DNA of 62,979 nt, from positions 267 through 63,245 of the forward strand of contig CAZFCJ010000004.1 in assembly GCA_964517315.1 (NCBI GenBank), read 5' to 3'. The position numbers and the translations under genes are program-made. The stretch is from an uncultured Anaerolineaceae bacterium. Lineage in GTDB: Bacteria > Chloroflexota > Anaerolineae > Anaerolineales > E44-bin32. The stretch's first letter is position 1, and every line of letters starts with the position of its first letter. Shown piece by piece: positions 55,669 to 62,979 of this stretch. Below the pieces are notes generated by a model that saw only the letters and a program-made list of their open reading frames with translations, searched no databases and was not told the DNA's origin.

Positions 55669-56742
55669 CTACGACGTCGTCAGCTTGCCGCGATAACGAG
55701 CATAGGTCGCGTAGTCGATTTCGACGCGGCGGTCCACGTAGGTCGCAGTCTTCGGTGCGGCGTCCTGTCGGCCGCGGATGCCTTCGGTGACCCGCAGGCT
55801 GAACGCGTCGGAGCCGGCGCCCGAGCCGTAGGACACCATCAGGATGCGGTCGCCGGGGTCGGCAATGTCCAGGATGGCGGTGAGGCCGATCAGCGCCGCC
55901 CCGGCGTACGTGTTGCCAATGCGTGAGACGAGCATCCCTGTCTCAATCTGGTCTCGAGTGAAGCCCATCGCCTTCGCCGCCCGTTGAGGGAACTTGGCGT
56001 TGGGCTGATGAAAGACGGCAAAGCGATAGTCCTCCGGCTTGGCACCCAGGCTTTCCATGAGCCGCTCTCCGGCCGCCGAGATGTGCGCGAAGTAAGCGGG
56101 TTCACCCGTGAAGCGCTCCCCGTGCTCCGGATAAATTTGGTCGGCGCGGCGCCAGAAATCCGGCGTGTCGGTGCTGTACGAATAGCTCGCTTCGTAGACG
56201 GCCAGGGCTTCGTCCTGGGGGCCGAGCAGGAACGCCGCCCCACCCGCGCCGGCCGTGTACTCAAGCGCATCTCCGGGTCGTCCCTGGGCGGTGTCCATTC
56301 CAATGGCCAGCGCGTAGCGGGCCATGTTCGAGCCGACGAAGCCGATGGCTGCCTGCATCGCCTCGGTGCCCGCCTTGCAGGCGAACTCCCAATCCGCCGC
56401 CTGGGTGTGTGGGGTTGCGCCGATGGCTTCGGCGACCACGGTGGCCGTGGGTTTCACCGCGTAGGGGTGGCTCTCTGAGCCCACCCAAACGGCCCGGATC
56501 AACTGGGGATCGATCTGGGCCCGGGCCAGCGCGTTGCGGGCGGCTTCGATGGACATGGTGATCACGTCCTCATCCAAGCCGGGAACCGCTTTCTCTTCAA
56601 TCGGCAGCCCCCCGGTCCCCCCTTTCCAAACCCTCGAAATCTCTGAGGCCGGGAGCCGGTACTGTGGCACGTACGCGCCGTAACCGACGATTCCGACCTT
56701 CTCACTTGGCCGAAGGATGCGGCCTACTCCGTCATCCGTCAT
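55669..56742 (-). CDS. hydroxymethylglutaryl-CoA synthase, archaeal-type
   Basis: 357 aa. [30 protein letters not shown]. Confidence 0.85.
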   Translation of the reverse strand: MTDDGVGRILRPSEKVGIVGYGAYVPQYRLPASEISRVWKGGTGGLPIEEKAVPGLDEDVITMSIEAARNALARAQIDPQLIRAVWVGSESHPYAVKPTATVVAEAIGATPHTQAADWEFACKAGTEAMQAAIGFVGSNMARYALAIGMDTAQGRPGDALEYTAGAGGAAFLLGPQDEALAVYEASYSYSTDTPDFWRRADQIYPEHGERFTGEPAYFAHISAAGERLMESLGAKPEDYRFAVFHQPNAKFPQRAAKAMGFTRDQIETGMLVSRIGNTYAGAALIGLTAILDIADPGDRILMVSYGSGAGSDAFSLRVTEGIRGRQDAAPKTATYVDRRVEIDYATYARYRGKLTTS

Positions 56743-56793
56743 AAGTCATCTCCTCGCGGATCGCATAAAGGACCAGTGAATCCTCACAGGGTC

Positions 56794-58095
<1,302 letters not shown>

Positions 58096-58197
58096 CTCAG
58101 GGCGACGGTCCGTGTATAGGCGACATGGGCTGGCAAAAACTATCAGATCGCACCCCATGGGGGTACTTTGGTCGCAATCTGGGCGTCGAACGGGGTG

Positions 58198-58224
58198 CAA
58201 AGAAAAGAACCGGCGCGAGCCGGT
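58198..58224 (-). terminator. intrinsic terminator after the small membrane protein gene
   Basis: Minus strand: AACCGGC-tcgc-GCCGGTT followed by CTTTTCTTTG. Confidence 0.6.
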
Positions 58225-58253
58225 TTGGGTCCTGCTTGGGAGAAGTAGCCGGG

Positions 58254-58451
58254 CTAGCTCTTGAGGTACTTCGTCATGAGGATGAAGTCGAGCCAGATGA
58301 ACGACAAGCCGAACGTGGAGAGGAAGACCAACACCGTGTTGGATTCGCTGAACTTGTTGAACGTCGTACCAAAGGCAGCGACGGTGCCAAATGTCATGGC
58401 CACTCCGAACCCGATCGACACGATCCACACTAAAGCTCGTCGCACTTTCAT
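58254..58451 (-). CDS. hypothetical small two-TM membrane protein
   Basis: 65 aa. AAGGAG 12 nt upstream, GC-rich third codon positions, its own terminator. Confidence 0.5.
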   Translation of the reverse strand: MKVRRALVWIVSIGFGVAMTFGTVAAFGTTFNKFSESNTVLVFLSTFGLSFIWLDFILMTKYLKS

Positions 58452-58763
58452 CGAGGGACAGTCTCCTTCATGACCTCGGCTTGACGGGGCGGATTGTAGT
58501 ACACGGGTGTGGGTGCGTCAAGCGAGCTGCGCCCGCCCTCCTCATCCGCCTCATAACCGGCACACGCGGCTTCGCCCGCTTGGCCGAGGCGACGCCCCGC
58601 ACCAGTCGATCCCTGGCCGCATCGCAAGAAGACGTTCAGCTGCTTCCCGAGCGGTACGTTGCAGCGTGGTCGAGCTACCGATCAAGCGGGCGGTTAGCTC
58701 GCCGATGATGAGGACCGGATCGGTCATCGACACTCGACGGTGAGAAACAACCCGGGCAGGAGC

Positions 58764-59702
58764 TCAAATGATGGCTTCGATCGCCTCCCGCACCACCCCG
58801 GCGCTCCGGCGCAAGGCCTTCGTCTCTTCGTCGTTGATCGGCAGAGGGAAGTGGCCCAGGACGCCGGCCCCTCCAACCAGGCGGGGCAGCGAGACGGTGA
58901 CGTCGTGCACGCCGGCGACCTCTTCGGTTGGGGCGCACACCGTCAGGATGGCCCGCTGGTCGGCCAGGACCGCCTGGGCGATGCGCGCCAGAGCGCTTCC
59001 GATCCCGTAGTAGGTAGCGCCTTTTCCCTCGATGATGCGGTAGGCGGCCTGACGCACCTGGCCGTCGATCTCGGCTCGCACGTGATCGTCAAGTCGAACG
59101 TCGTGCTCGTTGCAGAACCGGGCCAGGGGCATGCCGCCGATCGTGGCCAGCGACCAGGTGAGGACCTCTGAGTCGCCGTGTTCGCCCACCACATAAGCGT
59201 GCACGTGGTGGGGGTCGACGCCCACATGCCGCCCCAGCAGCGAGCGCAGCCGGGCGGTGTCGAGCGTGGTGCCGGATCCCAGAACGCGCGCCTGTGGGAT
59301 CCCATGCTGTACCCCGAGCTGCGCTGACAGATGGGTCAGCGCATCGACCGGATTGGTGGCCACGAGCAGCACCGCCTGCGGGGCGTGTTCGAGGACGGGC
59401 GGGATAATGCTGCGGAAGATGTCCGCGTTTCGGCCCAGTAGATCGAGCCTGGTTTCCTCCGGTTGTTGGCCCACACCGGCGGCCAGGATCACCACCTTGG
59501 CGCCGTGCAAATCCGGGTAATCGCCCGCTCGAACCGCGAGCGGATGGACGAAGGGGACCGCGTGCAGCAGGTCATCGGCCTCCGCCTTGGCCCGCGCTTC
59601 GTCCTTGTCGATCAGCACGATCTCGCGGCCGATTCCGCGCATGATCAAAGCGTAGGCGGCCGTGGCCCCCACGTATCCGCTGCCGACGATCCCGATTTTC
59701 AC
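58764..59702 (-). CDS. ldh: L-lactate dehydrogenase
   Basis: GTG start after [36 protein letters not shown]. Confidence 0.9.
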   Translation of the reverse strand: MKIGIVGSGYVGATAAYALIMRGIGREIVLIDKDEARAKAEADDLLHAVPFVHPLAVRAGDYPDLHGAKVVILAAGVGQQPEETRLDLLGRNADIFRSIIPPVLEHAPQAVLLVATNPVDALTHLSAQLGVQHGIPQARVLGSGTTLDTARLRSLLGRHVGVDPHHVHAYVVGEHGDSEVLTWSLATIGGMPLARFCNEHDVRLDDHVRAEIDGQVRQAAYRIIEGKGATYYGIGSALARIAQAVLADQRAILTVCAPTEEVAGVHDVTVSLPRLVGGAGVLGHFPLPINDEETKALRRSAGVVREAIEAII

Positions 59703-59807
59703 CTTCCTCAGCCTCCCATTATGAGAAATCCCGTAAGGTGCTGCGGTGAATCTACCACGGTGGCGGATTTTCCGACGGTCGTGTCGGTTCCAAAGTAATG
59801 CGTGCCG

Positions 59808-60228
59808 GGGCGCATGGCCATGCGCCCTGTGCAAAGCGCTGGGGTATGGGGCGTCGATGTCGGCAGCGGCGCTGGCCCGATGTACCGTCGTAGGGGCGAC
59901 TCTCCGGTCGCCGCTACATCGGGTCTTGCGCTTGATCCTGCGGAAATTCGGCAACCAGGCGGGACGCCCGTACGGCCACGACAAAGCGGCCCAGACCCTC
60001 AGGTGCTGTGTATCTGGCCCCTAGGCGTCGCTCCTCAGGTGGACTGGAAGGGCGTTCCTCCGGACCTCCTAGAGAACGGTGGGACCGTAGGGGCGCGTCG
60101 CGATGCGCCCCTACGAGGAAACGTTGAATTGGAGATCTGCTGATGCCAGCCTGGAAGGGCGTTCCCCTGGTTCTCCTTGAGAACGATGTGTCCGTAGGGG
60201 GGCTTGCCGATGTGCCACCCCACGGACA
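59808..60228. repeat. cluster of REP-like GC hairpins plus two 107-nt-spaced direct repeat units
   Basis: 20-nt palindrome at 59808-59827. Hairpins at 59890-59917, 60086-60115 and 60189-60228. Units at 60044-60115 and 60151-60228 (42/50 identical in the first 50 nt). Confidence 0.85.
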
Positions 60229-60376
60229 TCGCGAATTGGGTCTCCAGTGATGCCGCCGACGGGGGCTGGGCTCGGGCGTCACGAGGGCGAACCCGGTCGC
60301 CGCGCGGCTGAGGCTGGGTAAGAGGGCGTCTGTTGAGCTTGTATTGTTCGCCCAGTTTGGACGTGAAGTCTTTTGT

Positions 60377-61306
60377 TCAGCCGAGCAGATCCTCGAGGGC
60401 GGGCTTCAGCTCAGGGTGCTCAAACGTGAAACCCGCTTGCTCAAGCCGCTGCGGAACCATCCTTTGGCCCTCCAACACGAGGCTGGCAACCTCGCCGAGC
60501 GCCAATCGCAGTGCAAAGCCCGGCGTGGGAAAGAAGGAAGGTCGATGGAGCACATCTCCCAGCGCCTTGACCAATTCACGGTTGCTGACCGGATGAGGCG
60601 CCGAGACGTTGTACGGTCCTTCGCTGTCCGGGCTTTCCAGCAGGAAGCGGTACGCTCGAATCGGGTCGTCCACGTGGATCCAGGGATAGAATTGGTCGCC
60701 CGATCCCAGCGGTCCGCCGACGAAGAGTTTCATCGGCAGCAGCAGACGGGGAAGCGGGCCCTCCCCGGGATCGAGGACGATGCCGGTGCGTGTGATCACC
60801 CGCCGCACGCCCAGCTCCTCCACCTCGGCCGTGGCGGCCTCCCACTCGACGCAGACCCTGGCGAGGAAGTCGTCGCCGGGAGGGGTGTCTTCGGTCTTGA
60901 CTTCTTGGCTGAGATTGGTGCCGTAGTAACCGGAGGCCGAGGCCTGAAGGACGAGCTCCGGTTTGTTGTCCGCCTGCCGAGCCGCCTCAACGACGGCCTG
61001 GCCCGCCTGGCGGCGGCTCTCGAGGATCAGGCGCCTGCGGCGCTCGGTCCAGCGCCTGGGGATGAACCTGCCGCCGGCGAGGTCCTCGCCCGCGAAGTTA
61101 ACGATCGCGTCCGCGCCGTCGGCGTGCTCGAGCCAGCCCTGCGATGACTTGGCGTCCCAGCCGACGATCTGCGCTTCTGAGGGCACTCGATCGCGCTTGG
61201 CTTGGGGACTGCGAGATAGAACGATCACCTGATGGCCGTCGGCTACCAGGCTGCGCGTCAATTTCGTGCCGAGCCGTCCTGTACCCCCGGTGACGACCAC
61301 TTTCAT
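60377..61306 (-). CDS. TIGR01777/YfcH-type SDR epimerase-family protein (DUF1731 C-terminus)
   Basis: VTGGTGRLGTKL ... C-terminal QRMVPQRLEQAGFTFEHPEL. Confidence 0.85.
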   Translation of the reverse strand: MKVVVTGGTGRLGTKLTRSLVADGHQVIVLSRSPQAKRDRVPSEAQIVGWDAKSSQGWLEHADGADAIVNFAGEDLAGGRFIPRRWTERRRRLILESRRQAGQAVVEAARQADNKPELVLQASASGYYGTNLSQEVKTEDTPPGDDFLARVCVEWEAATAEVEELGVRRVITRTGIVLDPGEGPLPRLLLPMKLFVGGPLGSGDQFYPWIHVDDPIRAYRFLLESPDSEGPYNVSAPHPVSNRELVKALGDVLHRPSFFPTPGFALRLALGEVASLVLEGQRMVPQRLEQAGFTFEHPELKPALEDLLG

Positions 61307-61445
61307 GTGTCATCCCTCCTGTTGTTTGTTCATGTCGGTGAGTCAGGGTCATGATGAGGCTAGAGTTTGCCTAGTGGGTCCATCTAAAGTGTAACAATCA
61401 CGGGGATTGAAATGGACGGTAATTGAAATGGACGTTAAACGAACG

Positions 61446-61468
61446 AGCGCCCGGTATTCCCGGGCGCT
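61446..61468 (-). terminator. hairpin downstream of tRNA-Glu
   Basis: AGCGCCCGG / CCGGGCGCT 9-bp stem. Partial U-tract on the minus strand. Confidence 0.45.
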
Positions 61469-61477
61469 TAGGGCAGG

Positions 61478-61552
61478 TGCCCCCACGGGGATTTGAACCC
61501 CGGTCTTAGGCTTGAAAGGCCTATGTCCTGGACCAGGCTAGACGATGGGGGC
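61478..61552 (-). tRNA. tRNA-Glu (anticodon UUC)
   Basis: Hand-folded cloverleaf: acceptor GCCCCCA/TGGGGGC, anticodon stem TAGGC/GCCTA, loop CTTTCAA, T-arm CGGGG-TTCAAAT-CCCCG, discriminator A. CCA is not fully encoded. Confidence 0.9.
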
Positions 61553-61590
61553 GCGCGCCGCCGGATTGTATCATGCGCCGCGCGCGCCGG

Positions 61591-62886
61591 TCAACGCCCG
61601 CGGCGCCGGCCCTTCTTGCCCCGATAGGAGGGCGTGGTGATGGCGTGGATGGTGCACAGCCGGGCGTCGAGCATGCGGGTGCGCAGCCGGGCGTCGATAT
61701 CGTCAAGCGGGTCGGCGGTCGTAATCACGGTGGGCAGCGCCGCGTTGTAGCGGTGGTTAAAGAGCTGGTAAAGCTTCTCTTTGACCCAGGGCGTCATCGC
61801 TTGCGTTCCCAGATCGTCCATCACGAGCAAGGGAGCGGCGCGAACTTCGTCGAAGCGGCGGTCGTAGGAGGTCTCGCTGCGCGGGCTGAACGTCGAACGA
61901 AGATGGTCCAGCAGATCGGGTACGACGATGAACATGACCGGGAAACCTTGGCTGGAACGGTAGTTGGCGATCGCCGCCGCCAGGTGAGTCTTGCCCACGC
62001 CGTAGGGCCCGGTGAAGACGAGCCAACCTTCGGGGTCTTCGGCGAACTCGCGAGCGGCCTCGAAGGCGCGCGCCAGGCTGCGCAGGTCGTCGCGGTCGAG
62101 GCCCTCCGATTTACGCAAACTGAGCGTGCCGAAGGTTTGCCCGGCGTGGACGCTGAGTGAGGACAGCTCGTGATGGCCCCCTTCGTCCTCGGGACGGCGG
62201 TAATCGGGCGCCAGAATGCGCACTTGGGTCACAAGGTCGGGATCGGAGAGACGGGATCGCATCCGCCCTTCGATCTCCTGTAGGGCCAGATTGGTGGTGA
62301 CGATCGTCGGCAGTTCGTTGATGTAGCGATAATTCAGGATCTGGAAGAGCTTCTCTTTGGCCCAGTCCGTCGCGTTCTGGGTGCCAAAATCGTCGAGCAC
62401 GAGCAGCGGTACTCGCCGCACCTGCTCGAAGCGCTCCTCGAACGCGCCGGCCGGTCCGCTGAAGGCGTAGCGCAAGGTGTCCAGCAGATCGGGAACTGTG
62501 AGAAACAGCGTTGAGACGCCGCGCGAGACGGCCCGGTTCGCGGCTGCGGCGGCGAGGTGGGTCTTGCCACAGCCGTAGCCGCCCTGAAGGAGCAGCCAAC
62601 CCTGGGGGCCGTCGGCGAACAACTTGGCGTGGTTGTACGCTTGCTTGAGCGTCGAGCGGGCCTGCTCGCCGATGCCGACTCGGCCCTGGGGGACGAACGT
62701 ATTGAAGGTCATGTGCTGCAGCTTCTCGAGATCGCTCATGCGAAATAAGCGGTCGCGTATGCGCGACTCGAGCTCTTGCTGACGGCAGGTGCAGACCTGC
62801 AGTTTGCCGAAATCGGGATCGTCGACCGGCAGGTCGCGGCGAATGTAGCCCAGCCCCTCACAGTGCGGGCAGTTTGGGTCGCCCAT
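61591..62886 (-). CDS. Zn-ribbon protein with two tandem DnaC/DnaI/IstB-like AAA+ ATPase modules
   Basis: CPHCEG...CTC. Module 1: GGYGCGKTHLAAA, LLVLDDFG, TIVTTN. Module 2: GPYGVGKTHLAAA, LLVMDDLG, TVITT. The frame stays open upstream to the window edge. Confidence 0.8.
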   Translation of the reverse strand: MGDPNCPHCEGLGYIRRDLPVDDPDFGKLQVCTCRQQELESRIRDRLFRMSDLEKLQHMTFNTFVPQGRVGIGEQARSTLKQAYNHAKLFADGPQGWLLLQGGYGCGKTHLAAAAANRAVSRGVSTLFLTVPDLLDTLRYAFSGPAGAFEERFEQVRRVPLLVLDDFGTQNATDWAKEKLFQILNYRYINELPTIVTTNLALQEIEGRMRSRLSDPDLVTQVRILAPDYRRPEDEGGHHELSSLSVHAGQTFGTLSLRKSEGLDRDDLRSLARAFEAAREFAEDPEGWLVFTGPYGVGKTHLAAAIANYRSSQGFPVMFIVVPDLLDHLRSTFSPRSETSYDRRFDEVRAAPLLVMDDLGTQAMTPWVKEKLYQLFNHRYNAALPTVITTADPLDDIDARLRTRMLDARLCTIHAITTPSYRGKKGRRRGR

Positions 62887-62979
62887 GCCGGCCCGTCGCC
62901 CGGCGGGTTCAGGCTCAGTGTTCGATGTGGTCGGCGAACTCGCCTTCGATGTATCTTCGGCGAGACGCTTCAGAGTCTC

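Noticed and set aside
58096-58428. N-terminal extensions of HMGR (to 58428), ldh (to 59984), parB (to 38868), nusB (to 35660), yidD (to 43732) and the lipoprotein (to 29798) as given by the longest-ORF track.
   Set aside because: The extensions are non-conserved, Arg/Pro-rich, and overlap upstream genes or terminators. Internal starts have SD sequences or ATGA coupling and restore the canonical protein lengths.
61478-61552. Checked whether the only tRNA could be tRNA-Sec supporting the TGA recoding.
   Set aside because: It has a standard 7/5 cloverleaf, a short variable arm and anticodon TTC, so it is tRNA-Glu. No Sec machinery is visible in this window.

Overview
GC-rich bacterial chromosomal window. 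The gene content (archaeal-type mevalonate genes, short YidC, many lipoproteins) suggests Chloroflexota, but that is inference only. About 60 mostly housekeeping CDS are packed tightly, often with 4-nt ATGA start/stop overlaps. They include an origin-type cluster (rpmH-rnpA-yidD-[PQQ propeller]-yidC-jag ... parA-parB) without dnaA or dnaN, plus gyrB, rpoD, murA, greA, lysS, tatAC, nusB and fabG. Also present are a 4-gene upper mevalonate operon (class II HMG-CoA reductase, archaeal-type HMG-CoA synthase, thiolase, DUF35), a fused formiminotransferase-cyclodeaminase, a 1207-aa SARP/AAA/TPR regulator, and one tRNA-Glu(UUC). No rRNA, CRISPR array, prophage or obvious defence island is visible. 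The signals most worth a second look are listed here. (1) A thioredoxin-fold lipoprotein gene whose CxxC motif reads W-TGA-P-T-C, with GC hairpins just downstream: a candidate UxxC selenoprotein. (2) A family of GTAGGGGCG...CGCCCCTAC REP-like hairpins, found inside two IS200/RAYT-type Y1 transposase paralogs (one frameshifted) and clustered in a 675-bp spacer with 107-nt-spaced direct repeats. (3) A single polypeptide with a Zn-ribbon plus two tandem DnaC/DnaI-like AAA+ modules. (4) A 768-bp ORF-free, GC-rich, hairpin-rich spacer. (5) A greA leader with a promoter and two tandem intrinsic terminators. I cannot point to a clearly novel multi-gene system. All function calls come from motif recognition by eye, and no searches were run.
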